This document shows, piece after piece, positions 19,421 through 31,102 of a stretch of 64,000 nt of DNA. The notes below the pieces were generated by a model, which did no database searches, was not told the origin of the DNA, and was given only the letters and a program-made list of their open reading frames with translations. Source of the stretch: Escherichia coli (GTDB lineage: Bacteria > Pseudomonadota > Gammaproteobacteria > Enterobacterales > Enterobacteriaceae); assembly GCF_003019035.1 (NCBI RefSeq), contig NZ_CP027447.1; one strand, written 5' to 3'. The first letter of the stretch is position 1. Each line of letters starts with the position of its first letter. The translations under genes and the position numbers were made by a program.

Positions 19421-19777
19421 ATGGCTGGAAATCAGCGTCAGGGGGTGGCGTTCATCCGTGTCAATGGCATGGAGCTTGAAACGATGGAAGGTGCCTCCTT
19501 CACACCTTCCGGCATCACCCGTGAAGAAGTGACCGGCTCGCGGGTTTATGGCTGGAAAGGTAAACCACGTGCCGCAAAGCTGGAATGCAAAATTCCGGGC
19601 GGTGGTGATATCGGTCTGGATGAAATCATCGGCTGGGAAAACATCACGGCAGAGTTTCAGGCAGACACCGGTGAAACCTGGATGATGGCGAATGCCTGGC
19701 AGGCAGATGAACCGAAAAACGACGGCGGCGAAATTTCGCTGGTACTGATGGCAAAACAAAGCAAACGCATTGCATAA
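19421..19777 (+). CDS. M: Tail tube protein
   Basis: 118 aa, directly after the sheath gene. Confidence 0.8.
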   Translation: MAGNQRQGVAFIRVNGMELETMEGASFTPSGITREEVTGSRVYGWKGKPRAAKLECKIPGGGDIGLDEIIGWENITAEFQADTGETWMMANAWQADEPKNDGGEISLVLMAKQSKRIA

Positions 19778-19786
19778 GGGGAAACA

Positions 19787-20221
19787 ATGGACGAAATGAA
19801 TTTAGGTCCTGAAGCACAGGAACTGCATGACAGCATTGTGGCAGAAATTCAGTCCGGAGTGCTGAAACTGAAAGACGGCCTGCCGTTCGGCACCGGTGAC
19901 GAGACTGAAATGCAGTATGACGTGACACTGCGTGAACTGACCGCAGGCGATATGATTGATGCACAGGCGGCTGCTGAAAAGCTTGTAATGAGCAAGGAAG
20001 GTCCGGTGCTGGTCAGTTCCCCGTCCCGGATGGGACTGGAAATGCTGCGCCGACAGATTGCCAGCGTGGGCTGCATCAAAGGCCCGTTGTCGATGGCGCT
20101 GATTCGTAAGCTGTCTGTCGATGACTTCCAGCGTCTGTCGCTGGCCACAGAAATGTACGACATGGCTGTGGCGGCATCGCTGACACAAGAACGGGGGCGA
20201 GTGGCTGCGGTGCCGGAATGA
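19787..20221 (+). CDS. Y: Putative tail assembly chaperone (Mu Y / gp41 position)
   Basis: 144 aa, between tube and tape measure genes. Confidence 0.6.
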   Translation: MDEMNLGPEAQELHDSIVAEIQSGVLKLKDGLPFGTGDETEMQYDVTLRELTAGDMIDAQAAAEKLVMSKEGPVLVSSPSRMGLEMLRRQIASVGCIKGPLSMALIRKLSVDDFQRLSLATEMYDMAVAASLTQERGRVAAVPE

Positions 20222-20365
20222 TATTGAGAAAGCGGCGACAGCGATTGGCGTTATTCTGAAAAGTGGCCCGGAATGGGCCTTATCCCTTCCGCTGTCCCGC
20301 TTTTTCCGGCACTGCCAGCAGGCTAAAACCCTCTCTCAATATCACCGTTAAATCAGGAAATCTCT

Positions 20366-22438
20366 ATGACCGGGAAACGCTTAAAGGCGTCTGTCATTAT
20401 TGATCTTAATGGCAATCTTTCCCGGCGTTCCCGCCAGTATTCGAACCAGATAAACGCCCTGTCCCGTAGCGGGCAAAGTTCCCTGCGTGCCCTACGTATG
20501 GAGGTTGTGCGCGTTTCTGGTGCCATTGACAGAATGGGTTCACTGTCAACCCGTACATTCCGAATGCTGTCAGCCGGGGCGCTGGGTATTGCTGGCGTGG
20601 GTTACACCGCCAATAAACTGTTTATTGGTGCAGCCGCCCAGCGTGAGCAACAGATTATCGCCATGAACTCGCTGTATCACGGCGATAAGGTCAGAGCGCA
20701 GGCCATGATGGCCTGGGCAAAGCAGAACGCGAAGGACACCACGTGGGGGCTGAGTGGTGTTCTGGATGAGATCCGTTCGTCGAAAGGCTTCGGCATGACG
20801 GATGAACAGACGAAACAGTTCATCACCATGTTGCAGGATCAGGGGGCCATGCACGGCTGGGATTTACCCACTGCACAGGGTGCCTCACTGCAACTGAAAC
20901 AGATGTTTGCCCGCCAGCAAATCACGGCGGCGGATGCCAACCTGCTGACCGGTTACGGTATCAACGTTTATCAGGCGCTGGCGGATGCAACGGGAACGGA
21001 CGTTAAAAAAATCCGTGATCTGGGTACAAAGGGCAAGCTGGGCATGAAATCCATTCTGACGGTATTCAGAACGCTGTCAGAACAGTCAAAAGGTGCACAG
21101 GCCAGTGCGATGAACTCCTGGGACGGGATGTTCGCCCAGATGGAAGCTAACCTGCTTGAATTTCGCATAAAGGTGGCAAACAGCGGCCCCTTTGAAGAAA
21201 TCAAGAACGAGATGCGCCGGGTGCTTAACTGGCACGACATGGCGGATAAATCCGGGGAACTTGACGCACTGGCAGAAAACATTGGTCAGAAATTTCTGAC
21301 CACGTTCAGAACGGTAAAAATCGCGGCGCAGGAATTATGGCGCTGGCTGAAACCGGGTAAAGATGCGCTGGCATGGGTTGACCAGAATATTGTCAGCCTG
21401 AAAAAACTGGCTGCTGTTCTGGTGTCTGTCTGGCTTGCCAATAAAGCCCTGAGAGCAGGCTGGGCTGTGGCAAAACCCTCATGGCAGGTTGCCAGTTATC
21501 CGTTTAAAACCGGGCGTCGTATGTGGCGCTGGATGCGAAACCGCAAACGTGGGCAGGCAGGTCTGCCGGTCCCGGATGCCATGACGTCTGAGACGCTGTT
21601 GCAGGGTATCGGCATTCAGCGTGTGTTTGTCATCAACTGGCCCCGTGGATTTGGTGGCTACGGGAGTGGCGGCGGTCGTCGCGGACGGAGCGGCGGAAGA
21701 ATGGCCCCGCTGTTACCCCGCCAGCCGTTATTGCTGTCCGGGCCACAGCCGCTGGCATTACCTGCACCACGCCCTGTACTGGCATTACCCCCACCCGGCG
21801 TACCGGTAACAGCACGGCCTGCACCATTACCTTTACCCGGTAAATCCGGTCTTCTGAGCAGGCTTGCAGGCAGTGCTGCCGGGCAACTGGTTACGGGAAC
21901 GGTCGGAAAGCTGGCTGATGCCGGGCGTGCTGTTGGCGGATGGTTTTCCGGTATCGGAAACAAACTTGCAGGCAGTGCGATCGGTCGGGTTGTGACAAAA
22001 GGTGCCGGGGCGCTGGGCTGGATGGGGAAAGGTGCCGGTCGTGCGTTGTCACGTCTGGGTGGCCCGGTAATGGGGGCACTCCAGCTTGCCCCCGTCCTGA
22101 TGGATGAGCAGGCGTCAACCCATGAAAAAGCAGGCGCAATTGGCAGTACAGCCGGTGCATGGCTCGGCGGTGCCGTTGGCAGCCTTGCCGGACCGCTGGG
22201 TACGGTTGCCGGTGCCACGCTGGGCAGTGTCGCCGGGGAGTATCTGGGCGGTTTTGTAACCGACCTGTATCAGAAATGGACGGCCCCGGATAAGGAACCG
22301 CAGGAACAAAAAGTGAATGCGGAAGCCTCGCTGCGCGTCGAACTTGGCGAGGGGTTACGTCTGACCAGTTCCCGCGTCACCGAGGACGGTATGGGGCTGA
22401 ATATTTACGCGGGCGATAACTACATTACAGGCTGGTAA
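20366..22438 (+). CDS. Tail tape measure protein
   Basis: 690 aa; helical N-terminal part, Gly/Ala/Pro-rich C-terminal part. Confidence 0.8.
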   Translation: MTGKRLKASVIIDLNGNLSRRSRQYSNQINALSRSGQSSLRALRMEVVRVSGAIDRMGSLSTRTFRMLSAGALGIAGVGYTANKLFIGAAAQREQQIIAMNSLYHGDKVRAQAMMAWAKQNAKDTTWGLSGVLDEIRSSKGFGMTDEQTKQFITMLQDQGAMHGWDLPTAQGASLQLKQMFARQQITAADANLLTGYGINVYQALADATGTDVKKIRDLGTKGKLGMKSILTVFRTLSEQSKGAQASAMNSWDGMFAQMEANLLEFRIKVANSGPFEEIKNEMRRVLNWHDMADKSGELDALAENIGQKFLTTFRTVKIAAQELWRWLKPGKDALAWVDQNIVSLKKLAAVLVSVWLANKALRAGWAVAKPSWQVASYPFKTGRRMWRWMRNRKRGQAGLPVPDAMTSETLLQGIGIQRVFVINWPRGFGGYGSGGGRRGRSGGRMAPLLPRQPLLLSGPQPLALPAPRPVLALPPPGVPVTARPAPLPLPGKSGLLSRLAGSAAGQLVTGTVGKLADAGRAVGGWFSGIGNKLAGSAIGRVVTKGAGALGWMGKGAGRALSRLGGPVMGALQLAPVLMDEQASTHEKAGAIGSTAGAWLGGAVGSLAGPLGTVAGATLGSVAGEYLGGFVTDLYQKWTAPDKEPQEQKVNAEASLRVELGEGLRLTSSRVTEDGMGLNIYAGDNYITGW

Positions 22439-22442
22439 AACC

Positions 22443-23930
22443 ATGTTTGAAGATGCTTTAAATGCCGTTAATGCTGTCCGGGATAAAATCAGCGGTGGTA
22501 AGAAAACAACCGGCAAAGGCACGTTTCGTAACGTGCCGTTTCTCGTCATCGAGGAGCAAAAACAGGCTGGCGGACGTCGCCTGGTTAAACGCGAGTACCC
22601 GTTACGTGATACCGGCGGCGTCAATGACCTGGGGAAAAAGCTTCGCTCCCGTACATTCAGCGCCTGCATTCTGAACAGCAACGCAGAAACAGCCAGAGAT
22701 GAAGCGGGTGCGCTGATGGATGCTCTTGATGCTCCGGGTAGCGGTGAGCTGGTACATCCTGATTTCGGCACTGTGGACGTCATGGTGGATTCATGGGAAT
22801 GCCGCACTAAAGCGGATGAACTGAATTATTACGCGTTCACCGTTACCGTTTATCCGTCGTTGCAGGATACTGCCCCGGACGCAGAGACAGACACCAGTGC
22901 AGCCGTACCGGCACAGGCCGTTGCTGTAACCGGTTCTCTGGGAGATACGCTATCCTCTGTCTGGCAGACCGTAAAAGATGGCACTGCGGCGGCAACCGCC
23001 GTGATGGAAGCTGTAACCGGTGTCATCGATGATATCAGTGATGCGGTGGACAATCTGGGGGTTACGCAGACTGTCAGCGGTCTGATGGGATCGCTTTCTG
23101 CGATGAAAGGCTCTGTGACCAGCCTGATTAACCAGCCTGCCATGCTGGCCTCCTCGCTGATGGGGGCGCTGTCCGGCGTTTCATCGTTATGCGATACCCG
23201 GACAGCATTTTCCACATGGAACCGTCTGGCGCAGCGATTCGAACGTCGCCATGCCGCCACCGCAGGCAGACAGGGGGCAATCACAACCTCGTACAACAGT
23301 CCGGTTGCAGAAAAAAATATTGCCACACTGAACTACGTCATGCTGGCAGCAGCACAGACATACCGAGCGGAGGCAGCAAGCCAGGCACTGACTGCGGCAC
23401 TGGATTTCAGTCGCCGGATGGATAATGCCGCCCGTGCACCTGTACTGGATGCCCCGTCCACCACAACCGGCACAGCCAGCGGGGCCAGCAGCACATCCGC
23501 TACCGTCACACAGGGACAGTTACAGTTAACTGCCATAACCCCGGACGGCGGCTTTTCACAGGTATCCTTTTCAGACAGTGGTACAGCCACGCCCCCGGTA
23601 TTTGAAAGTGTGTCCGATATCGGAAAAACAGCCGCCATGCTGGGGGCTGCACTGGATACCGTCATTCTGACGGCATCTGAGCAGGGCTTTTCGACAGACA
23701 GCGTTCAGCTTACGCAACTGCGTCTGCTGGTTGTTGCCGACCTGGAAAAACGCGGGCTGCAACTGGCGGGCAGTGAAACGCACCGCCTGCCGGAGACGAT
23801 GCCTGCAATGGTGGCCCTGTACCGTTACACAGGAAACAGCCGGAACTGGCAACGGCTGGCCCGCAGGAACGGTATCAGCAACCCGTTGTTTGTTCCCGGT
23901 GGTGTCAGTATTGAGGTGATTAATGAGTAA
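22443..23930 (+). CDS. N: DNA circularisation protein (Mu N)
   Basis: 495 aa; position matches Mu. Confidence 0.8.
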   Translation: MFEDALNAVNAVRDKISGGKKTTGKGTFRNVPFLVIEEQKQAGGRRLVKREYPLRDTGGVNDLGKKLRSRTFSACILNSNAETARDEAGALMDALDAPGSGELVHPDFGTVDVMVDSWECRTKADELNYYAFTVTVYPSLQDTAPDAETDTSAAVPAQAVAVTGSLGDTLSSVWQTVKDGTAAATAVMEAVTGVIDDISDAVDNLGVTQTVSGLMGSLSAMKGSVTSLINQPAMLASSLMGALSGVSSLCDTRTAFSTWNRLAQRFERRHAATAGRQGAITTSYNSPVAEKNIATLNYVMLAAAQTYRAEAASQALTAALDFSRRMDNAARAPVLDAPSTTTGTASGASSTSATVTQGQLQLTAITPDGGFSQVSFSDSGTATPPVFESVSDIGKTAAMLGAALDTVILTASEQGFSTDSVQLTQLRLLVVADLEKRGLQLAGSETHRLPETMPAMVALYRYTGNSRNWQRLARRNGISNPLFVPGGVSIEVINE

Positions 23931-25062
23931 TACCGTCACGCTGCGAACGGATGGCAGGCTTTTTACCGGCTGGACGTCAGTCTCTGTCACCCGCTCGATT
24001 GAATCCGTAGCCGGATATTTTGAGCTGGGGGTGAACGTGCCACCGGATACGGATTTATCCGGGCTGGCACCGGGGAAGGCGTTCACGCTGGAAATCGACG
24101 GGCAGATTGTCTGCACCGGTTATATCGATTCACGGCGACGCCAGATGACTGCTGACAGTATGAAAATCACTGTCGCCGGACGTGACAAAACGGCTGACCT
24201 GATTGACTGTGCTGCCGTTTACAGTGGCGGACAGTGGAAAAACCGCACACTGGAGCAGATTGCGCGTGACCTGTGCGCCCCTTATGGCGTTACCGTTCGC
24301 TGGGAGCTTTCCGATAAGGAAAGTTCGGCAGTTTTTCCCGGCTTCACGCTGGACCATTCAGAAACCGTTTATGAGGCGCTGGTGCGTGCCTCCCGCGCAC
24401 GCGGTGTACTGATGACCAGCAATGCCGCCGGAGAGCTGGTATTCAGCCGGGCTGCCAGCACAGCTACTGATGAGCTGGTTCTCGGAGAAAATCTGCTGAC
24501 ACTGGATTTTGAGGAAGACTTCCGCGACCGGTTCAGCGAATACACCGTCAAGGGGTATGCCCGCGCAAACGGTGCTGAGGGTGATGATATTGATGCGAAA
24601 AGTATCGTCTCCCGGAAAGGGACCGCCACTGACAGTGATGTAACCCGTTACAGACCGATGATCATCATTGCTGACAGCAAAATTACGGCGAAGGATGCAC
24701 AGGCCCGCGCCCTGCGTGAGCAACGCCGCAGACTGGCAAAATCCATCACCTTTGAGGCTGAAATTGACGGATGGACTCGCAAGGACGGGCAACTCTGGAT
24801 GCCGAACCTGCTGGTCACTATTGATGCCTCGAAATATGCCATCAAAACCACGGAATTACTGGTCAGCAAAGTCACCCTGATACTGAATGACCAGGACGGG
24901 CTGAAAACCCGCGTCAGCCTTGCACCACGCGAAGGCTTTCTGGTGCCGGTTGAAAGCGACCGTAAAAACAGGAAAGGCGGCGACAGTAACGGCGGTATTG
25001 ATGCGCTGGTTGAAGATTATTATCGCAGACACCCGGAGAAAACGCCGCCGTGGAAAGAGTAA
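23923..25062 (+). CDS. P: Baseplate hub protein (Mu P)
   Basis: 379 aa; synteny. Confidence 0.8.
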   Translation: MSNTVTLRTDGRLFTGWTSVSVTRSIESVAGYFELGVNVPPDTDLSGLAPGKAFTLEIDGQIVCTGYIDSRRRQMTADSMKITVAGRDKTADLIDCAAVYSGGQWKNRTLEQIARDLCAPYGVTVRWELSDKESSAVFPGFTLDHSETVYEALVRASRARGVLMTSNAAGELVFSRAASTATDELVLGENLLTLDFEEDFRDRFSEYTVKGYARANGAEGDDIDAKSIVSRKGTATDSDVTRYRPMIIIADSKITAKDAQARALREQRRRLAKSITFEAEIDGWTRKDGQLWMPNLLVTIDASKYAIKTTELLVSKVTLILNDQDGLKTRVSLAPREGFLVPVESDRKNRKGGDSNGGIDALVEDYYRRHPEKTPPWKE

Positions 25063-25643
25063 ATGATTCCGCCCTGAACCGCCTGCTGACGCCGCTGATG
25101 CGTCGTGTGCGCCTGATGCTTGCGCGCGCTGTTGTTAACGTGATTAACGACGGGCGAAAGGTTCAGAACCTGCAGGTCGGCCTGCTGGATGATGAGGAAT
25201 CTGATGAAGTGGAGCGCCTGCAAAATTACGGGCATTTCAGCGTTCCCCTGCCGGGAGCAGAGGCGCTGATTGCCTGTGTAGGCGCACAACGTGATCAGGG
25301 GATTGCCGTTGTGGTGGAAGACCGCCGCTACCGCCCGACAAATCTTGAACCGGGTGATGCAGGCATTTACCACCACGAGGGGCATCGTATCAGGCTGACA
25401 AAGGACGGACGCTGCATCATTACCTGTAAAACGGTTGAGGTTTACGCTGATGAAAGTATGACCGTTGACACACCCAGAACCACGTTTACCGGCGACGTTG
25501 AGATCCAGAAAGGTCTGGGCGTTAAAGGTAAAAGCCAGTTCGACAGCAATATTACTGCCCCGGATGCCATCATCAATGGCAAATCGACGGATAAGCATAT
25601 CCACCGTGGCGACAGCGGCGGAACCACGGGGCCAATGCAATGA
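25050..25643 (+). CDS. Q: Baseplate assembly / spike protein (Mu Q-like)
   Basis: 197 aa; synteny. Confidence 0.75.
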   Translation: MERVNDSALNRLLTPLMRRVRLMLARAVVNVINDGRKVQNLQVGLLDDEESDEVERLQNYGHFSVPLPGAEALIACVGAQRDQGIAVVVEDRRYRPTNLEPGDAGIYHHEGHRIRLTKDGRCIITCKTVEVYADESMTVDTPRTTFTGDVEIQKGLGVKGKSQFDSNITAPDAIINGKSTDKHIHRGDSGGTTGPMQ

Positions 25644-26077
25644 CCGATTTAGCCATTATCTGGACGAACGGACGCGGCGATATTGCACAGGATGGCATTG
25701 ATATGCTGACCGACGACAGCCTGACAACCGATGTGACAATCTCCCTGTTTACAGACCGGCGCGCGCTGGATTCTGACACGCTGCCGGATGGTTCAGATGA
25801 TCGCCGTGGATGGTGGGGTGACAGTTACCGCGACCGCCCCATCGGTTCGCGGTTGTGGCTGTTATCACGTGAAAAAGCCACACCGGATACGCTGGAACGC
25901 GCCAGAGGGTATGCCGAAGAGGCGCTGGAATGGCTGAAAACAGCGGGCCGGGTAAGTGCGATTAACGTCAGAGCGGAACAGTTACATCAGGGCTGGTTAT
26001 ACCTCTACATTGCACTGACATTACCGGATGGTTCCGTTATTCCTTATGAGTTTAAAGCAGCATTTAACGGGGTTTAA
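25640..26077 (+). CDS. V: Baseplate wedge protein (Mu V, lysozyme-fold-like)
   Basis: 145 aa; synteny. Confidence 0.75.
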   Translation: MTDLAIIWTNGRGDIAQDGIDMLTDDSLTTDVTISLFTDRRALDSDTLPDGSDDRRGWWGDSYRDRPIGSRLWLLSREKATPDTLERARGYAEEALEWLKTAGRVSAINVRAEQLHQGWLYLYIALTLPDGSVIPYEFKAAFNGV

Positions 26078-27160
26078 ATGGCTTATTCACCACCGACATT
26101 ATCATCGCTGATTGCCCGTACAGAACAGAATATTGAACAGCGCCTGCCGGGTAGCTGGCCTCAGGCCCGTGAAAAAACGCTGAGTGCCATTGCTTATGCT
26201 CAGGCGGGCCTTGCTGCCGGTTGTCACGAGCATATTTCATGGGTTGGACGGCAGATTATCCCGTCGACAGCAGATGAAGATGAGTTGCTGGAGCACTGCC
26301 GGTTCTGGGGCGTGCGCCGCAAACAGGCGACAGCCGCCAGCGGCCCGCTGACTGTCACCACATCGGCAGCGACCACCATTCCTGCCGGTACACGCTGGCA
26401 GCGTGCTGATGGTGTGGTTTACAGCCTGGCTGATGCCATTGTGATTGACCGTGCAGGAACGACGGAAATTACCGTTACCGCACTGGCTGCCGGTGAAGCA
26501 GGAAATACCGGTGAGAATACCCTTTTAACGTTGATCACCCCGGTTGCCTGTGTTGTTTCCGATGCCATCACTGTAAAAGGGTTTTCCGGTGGGGCTGATA
26601 TTGAGAGTGCAGCGGAGCTGCTGTCACGGCTGGAATATCGTGTCCAGTATCCTCCGTTCGGCGGTAATCAGTTTGATTACGTCCGCTGGGCACGTGAAGT
26701 CAGCGGCGTTACCCGTGCCTGGTGTTTTCCGACATGGAAAGGCGGTGGCACAGTCGGGGTGACGTTTGTTATGGATAACCGGAGCAATATTTTTCCACAA
26801 CCGGCAGACGTGGAACGCGTGGCAGATTATATCGCCGGTCATACTGACCCGATCACCGGTCTGATTGTCGGACAGCCTGACGGTGTAAATGTCACTGTAT
26901 TTGCGCCAAAGGCAAAGCCGGTAAATCCACGGATTTATATATCACCGAAGACAGCCGAACTGAAACAGGCTATTACCCACGCCATTAATACCATGTTTTT
27001 TAATGAGGTGACGCCGGGCGGCGCACTTGCCCCCTCCCGTATTATCCGTGCGGTGGCAGGTGTTACCGGTCTGGATGATTTTGAAGTGCGTTTCCCGACA
27101 GAGATCCAGCGTTCGGAGAATACGGAACTGTTAACACCGGGGACAATTGAATGGCTGTAA
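26078..27160 (+). CDS. W: Baseplate J-like protein (Mu W)
   Basis: 360 aa; synteny. Confidence 0.8.
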   Translation: MAYSPPTLSSLIARTEQNIEQRLPGSWPQAREKTLSAIAYAQAGLAAGCHEHISWVGRQIIPSTADEDELLEHCRFWGVRRKQATAASGPLTVTTSAATTIPAGTRWQRADGVVYSLADAIVIDRAGTTEITVTALAAGEAGNTGENTLLTLITPVACVVSDAITVKGFSGGADIESAAELLSRLEYRVQYPPFGGNQFDYVRWAREVSGVTRAWCFPTWKGGGTVGVTFVMDNRSNIFPQPADVERVADYIAGHTDPITGLIVGQPDGVNVTVFAPKAKPVNPRIYISPKTAELKQAITHAINTMFFNEVTPGGALAPSRIIRAVAGVTGLDDFEVRFPTEIQRSENTELLTPGTIEWL

Positions 27161-27693
27161 CACCCTATCAGACGGCCTTTCTGCAATTACTGCCGTCAGG
27201 GCTTGCCTGGAATAAAAGCCCCGACAGCAAATTATCTGCGCTGGCGCAGGCCATCAGCGACGTGATTGCCACTGCGGCGGATGATGCGCGGCAAATGCTG
27301 CGGGAGCGTTTCCCGTCCACATCCCGCTGGTATCTGGGGGAGTGGGAATCATTTCTGGGGTTGCCGGACTGTACCAGCGAAAACGGCACCTTGTCCGAAC
27401 GCCAGCGGGCTGCCGCGAATAAAATGCGTATGACCGGCAATCTGAGTCGGCGCTTTTATGAATGGCTGGCTGCGCAGTACGGTTTTACCGTCAGGCTGAC
27501 GGATTCCACAGAAGGCCAGTGGGTTACGCAGGTCAATATTTACGGTATTAAAAATTATCGCAACGCAACGGTGCTGGATAATGTCCTGACGCCGTTACGT
27601 GTTTATGAATCGGGTGCGCTGGAATGTTTACTGGAGAAATATAAACCCGCGCATCAGATTTATAAATTTGTTTACCATGACGGAGATAACTAA
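27151..27693 (+). CDS. R: Tail protein (Mu R)
   Basis: 180 aa; synteny. Confidence 0.7.
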   Translation: MAVTPYQTAFLQLLPSGLAWNKSPDSKLSALAQAISDVIATAADDARQMLRERFPSTSRWYLGEWESFLGLPDCTSENGTLSERQRAAANKMRMTGNLSRRFYEWLAAQYGFTVRLTDSTEGQWVTQVNIYGIKNYRNATVLDNVLTPLRVYESGALECLLEKYKPAHQIYKFVYHDGDN

Positions 27694-29048
27694 TGTTTTA
27701 TATTGATAACGACAGCGGCGTAACCGTCATGCCGCCCGTATCCGCCCAGCGTAGTGCTATCGTTCGCTGGTTTTCAGAAGGTGACGGGAATAATGTTATC
27801 ACATGGCCCGGCATGGACTGGTTTAATATTGTTCAGGCGGAGTTATTAAACACGCTGGAAGAAGCTGGTATTCAACCGGATAAAACAAAATTAAACCAGC
27901 TTGCACTGTCCATTAAAGCCATTATGAGCAATAACGCGCTGCTGATAAAAAATAACCTCAGCGAAATTAAAACTGCCGGGGCATCAGCACAGCGTACAGC
28001 ACGTGAAAATCTGGATATCTATGATGCCAGCCTGAACAAAAAAGGACTCGTTCAGCTAACCAGTGCCACTGACAGCCCCAGTGAAACGCTGGCAGCCACC
28101 GCAAAAGCGGTGAAAATTGCGATGGATAATGCCAATGCCCGTCTGGCAAAAGACCGGAACGGAGCAGATATTCCCAATAAGCCGCTGTTTATCCAAAACC
28201 TCGGTTTACAGGAAACGGTAAACAAGGCTGGTAACGCTGTTCAGCGTTCTGGCGATACAATGACCGGAAAACTGAATCTACCACAGACATCTGCATTCGG
28301 CGTTAATACCGATAATGCACTGGGTGGTAATTCCATTACTCTCGGAGATAACGACACCGGTATTAAACAGGGCGGCGATGGTGTCCTTTTATTCTATTTA
28401 AATGGACAACTGATATTTGGGCTTCAACCCACATCCGCTGATTTTTATAAGCGAGTTGCCTACATTCATCAGGGAGTAGCTCCAGATGGGAGTGGCGCAT
28501 TTGCAGACCAGTTAAATAATGCCACCGCGCCTTTTGTTCAGACGCAGTTTGCCTGGAATCCCACTCCTGGCGGTCATTACGTACCGATAGCTAAGGGCTT
28601 GTCCATTCGCAATGGACAGGGGTATCCAGGTGCGGTCAGCTTTGGTTATTTACTAACTGAACAAATGGGATTTCCCATACCATGCATTCATATGCGTGGA
28701 GATTACGGAGCTGATGCTTTGTGGCAGTTTAACCCGAACGATAAATCTTTTATTTCACCGGGGGCTCTTGTTGCGGGTGGCATCCGTTATAACACCGATG
28801 GAAATATATTTGGCGGGTGTTGGGGTTCAAATTTAGCTGATTATCTCAATAGCACATATGTAAGAGACATTCGACTTGGTAGCGCAGAATCAATATCAGC
28901 ATGGCGAGGCCCTGGTTACTGGGATACTTCTGGATATGTTCTGACCGCAGCCGGAAACAGCAACACCGATGAATTTATTGATACATTAACCAGAAGGCCT
29001 ATTCAGAAGTTGATTGGTGGGACATATTATAACGTTGTGAGTATTTGA
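27693..29048 (+). CDS. S: Tail fibre protein S: constant part outside the G segment, variable part inside
   Basis: 451 aa; gix site at 28188-28215 lies within the gene; C-terminus YYNVVSI parallels the S' C-terminus WYNVASV. Confidence 0.8.
   Translation: MFYIDNDSGVTVMPPVSAQRSAIVRWFSEGDGNNVITWPGMDWFNIVQAELLNTLEEAGIQPDKTKLNQLALSIKAIMSNNALLIKNNLSEIKTAGASAQRTARENLDIYDASLNKKGLVQLTSATDSPSETLAATAKAVKIAMDNANARLAKDRNGADIPNKPLFIQNLGLQETVNKAGNAVQRSGDTMTGKLNLPQTSAFGVNTDNALGGNSITLGDNDTGIKQGGDGVLLFYLNGQLIFGLQPTSADFYKRVAYIHQGVAPDGSGAFADQLNNATAPFVQTQFAWNPTPGGHYVPIAKGLSIRNGQGYPGAVSFGYLLTEQMGFPIPCIHMRGDYGADALWQFNPNDKSFISPGALVAGGIRYNTDGNIFGGCWGSNLADYLNSTYVRDIRLGSAESISAWRGPGYWDTSGYVLTAAGNSNTDEFIDTLTRRPIQKLIGGTYYNVVSI
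28188..28215 (+). repeat. gix recombination site (left) for Gin invertase
   Basis: TTATCCAAAACCTCGGTTTACAGGAAAC; inverted copy at 31023-31048 with one mismatch in the 26 aligned bases. Confidence 0.85.
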
Positions 29049-29049
29049 C

Positions 29050-29577
29050 ATGATGCATTTAAAAAACATTAAAGCAGGGAACCCAAAAACACCTGAACAA
29101 TACCAGTTAACCAAAAAAGCTGGAGTGGTCTGGCTTTATACTGAAGATGGTAAAAACTGGTACGAAGAACAAAAAAACTTTCAACCAGATACTATAAAAA
29201 TTGCATACGATAAAAATAATGTGATTGTTACCGTAAGCAAAGATGTTTCAACGATTAACCCGGAAGGTTTAAGTGTTGTTGAAGTATCCGATATTACGGC
29301 AAATCGTCGCGCAGACAATAACGGAAACTGGATGTTTCTGGATGGTAAAGTAGTAAAGCGGGAATATACAAAACAGGAGCTGCAACAGCAGGCAGAGTTA
29401 CAAAAATCCGCTTTGCTTTCCGAAGCGGAGTCTGTGATTCAACCGCTGGAACGTGCTGTCAGGCTGAATATGGCAACTAATGAGGAACGCGCACGACTGG
29501 AGTCATGGGAACGCTACAGTGTTCTGGTCAGCCGTGTGGATACGGCAAATCCTGAATGGCCACAAAAGCCTGAATAA
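29050..29577 (+). CDS. U: Tail fibre assembly protein U
   Basis: 175 aa; paralogous to the U' ORF on the opposite strand. Confidence 0.8.
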   Translation: MMHLKNIKAGNPKTPEQYQLTKKAGVVWLYTEDGKNWYEEQKNFQPDTIKIAYDKNNVIVTVSKDVSTINPEGLSVVEVSDITANRRADNNGNWMFLDGKVVKREYTKQELQQQAELQKSALLSEAESVIQPLERAVRLNMATNEERARLESWERYSVLVSRVDTANPEWPQKPE

Positions 29578-29582
29578 AAATT

Positions 29583-29602
29583 AAGGCCCGATAGCGGGCC
29601 TT
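29583..29602. terminator. Hairpin between convergent U and U', possible bidirectional terminator
   Basis: AAGGCCCG-ATAG-CGGGCCTT; A/T-rich flank on the U' side. Confidence 0.5.
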
Positions 29603-29605
29603 GTC

Positions 29606-30139
29606 TCATTCTGGTTGTTCCGGGAATGTTACAGGAAGAACAGAGGTATCTGTGGCATCAACCTGCTGCATGTATAACATCCAGTTAATGAGTCTTTGCC
29701 TGTCTGAATCGCTGATAATTCCCAGCGCAAGCTGTGTTTGCCAGCACTGCGTTTCCTCTCTGGCCTGTCGCAGCAAAATCTGTTTCTGAATTTCAGCCAG
29801 TTGACGTAGTTCTTCATCAGTCCGGGGGCGTTTCATGACCTTGCCATCCTGAAACACCCAGTCACCGAGAATATCGGCCCGGCGATTCGCTGTCGTGTCG
29901 GGTAATTCGACAACGCTCATTCCTTCCGGGTTAATAGACGACACATCTTTTTCAATATAGCGAATGATACCTCTGTCATCGTAAGCGATTTTTAGTGTGT
30001 CTGCCTGAAAGGCTTTTTGTGCCTCATACCAGTTCTGACCATCTTCAGCGTAAAGCCAGATAACACCATGTCTCTTTGTTAACTCATACTGTTCCAGTGT
30101 TTTAGCATTACCCGCTTTTATGTTCTTTAAGTGCATCAT
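29606..30139 (-). CDS. Tail fibre assembly protein U' (silent in this orientation)
   Basis: 177 aa, same N-terminus as U ([11 protein letters not shown]...). Confidence 0.8.
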   Translation of the reverse strand: MMHLKNIKAGNAKTLEQYELTKRHGVIWLYAEDGQNWYEAQKAFQADTLKIAYDDRGIIRYIEKDVSSINPEGMSVVELPDTTANRRADILGDWVFQDGKVMKRPRTDEELRQLAEIQKQILLRQAREETQCWQTQLALGIISDSDRQRLINWMLYMQQVDATDTSVLPVTFPEQPE

Positions 30140-30140
30140 A

Positions 30141-30998
30141 TTAAACGCTCGCTACATTATACCAGGTGCCATTTATATACTTTTGAACGGGTCTGTAATA
30201 AACGCCCGCTATATTATCGGCAGAGTTGGACCCTGTATCCTGAACATTAATACCAGACAATACATGACCTGACGGGCACTTGAAATTCCATGTTTGCCAG
30301 TTGTTCACACCATGATATTGCTGTGAACCAAGACGAACATCTTTTACGTATCGGGAATCAAAGTTACTCCAGTTACTTGGTTGTATGTGACCGTTTACAG
30401 CAAATATCACCGAATTATCTGTATTTCGCTGACTATAGAAATGCCAGCCTGAATCATCACCAAGCTCTGCAACAGTTGGTCTTGATGAAGTGCCCCATAA
30501 ATTAAAACCTACGTTTTTCGTGGAGTTGTTGGAGCTGGATAGCGTGAATTTTTTACCATCCCCGGCCTGAACGTTTTTAAAAGCAATAGCAACTCCATTC
30601 TGAAAGCGGAATACTCGCTGACTATTAGCGTAAACATCCAGAATACCGTCTCCATTCTGTTTAAATCCGGTATCATTATCACCAAGAACAATAGAGCTAC
30701 CACCTAACGCATTCGTCGTACCAACTCCAAGGCTGCCATTAATGACGGCATTAACAAGAATATTTAGTGCATCCCATTTCAGCGTCATCAGGTCTTTTGT
30801 TGTGGTGCTTTGTTTGCTTCTCCATTTGAAATATTCATTGCCGTTGTCGCCTGTTTCAAACCACATGTATGAATCAGTGTCACCATCGGCATCATTTTTA
30901 AATCCAATCTTCGCCCAGTCAGTATTTCGAATCCAGGCAAGGATTGAGTCATTTTCAAAAGTAAGCCCACCGGACAAAGTATCGCCATTTTTTTGCAC
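30141..30998 (-). CDS. Alternative tail fibre variable part S' (promoterless, silent in this orientation)
   Basis: 285-aa ORF from first ATG; real reading frame should run from the gix site. Confidence 0.75.
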   Translation of the reverse strand: MQKNGDTLSGGLTFENDSILAWIRNTDWAKIGFKNDADGDTDSYMWFETGDNGNEYFKWRSKQSTTTKDLMTLKWDALNILVNAVINGSLGVGTTNALGGSSIVLGDNDTGFKQNGDGILDVYANSQRVFRFQNGVAIAFKNVQAGDGKKFTLSSSNNSTKNVGFNLWGTSSRPTVAELGDDSGWHFYSQRNTDNSVIFAVNGHIQPSNWSNFDSRYVKDVRLGSQQYHGVNNWQTWNFKCPSGHVLSGINVQDTGSNSADNIAGVYYRPVQKYINGTWYNVASV

Positions 30999-31022
30999 GG
31001 CATTACCAGCCCTGTTTACCGT

Positions 31023-31048
31023 TTCCTGTAAACCGAGGTTTTAGATAA
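31023..31048 (-). repeat. gix recombination site (right)
   Basis: TTCCTGTAAACCGAGGTTTTAGATAA, inverted relative to 28188-28215. Confidence 0.85.
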
Positions 31049-31102
31049 TGGCCGTTTCCGGCCTGCATGGCATGATTTGCGATTTTGGACGGGAGATTCA
31101 GC

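Larger units (their letters stand above)
28188..31048. mobile_element. Invertible G segment, in the orientation expressing S and U
   Basis: Bounded by inverted gix sites; S and U on + strand, U' and S' on - strand; gin immediately adjacent. Confidence 0.85.

Noticed and set aside
21600-22300. Pro/Gly/Ala-rich repetitive stretch that might be a DNA repeat array
   Set aside because: It is the low-complexity C-terminal part of the tape measure protein reading frame, not a spacer-repeat structure; no CRISPR-like direct repeats found anywhere in the window.
29601-29817. Short overlapping ORFs on both strands around the G-segment hairpin
   Set aside because: They overlap the U' coding region and the bidirectional hairpin; the U/U' paralogues explain the region.
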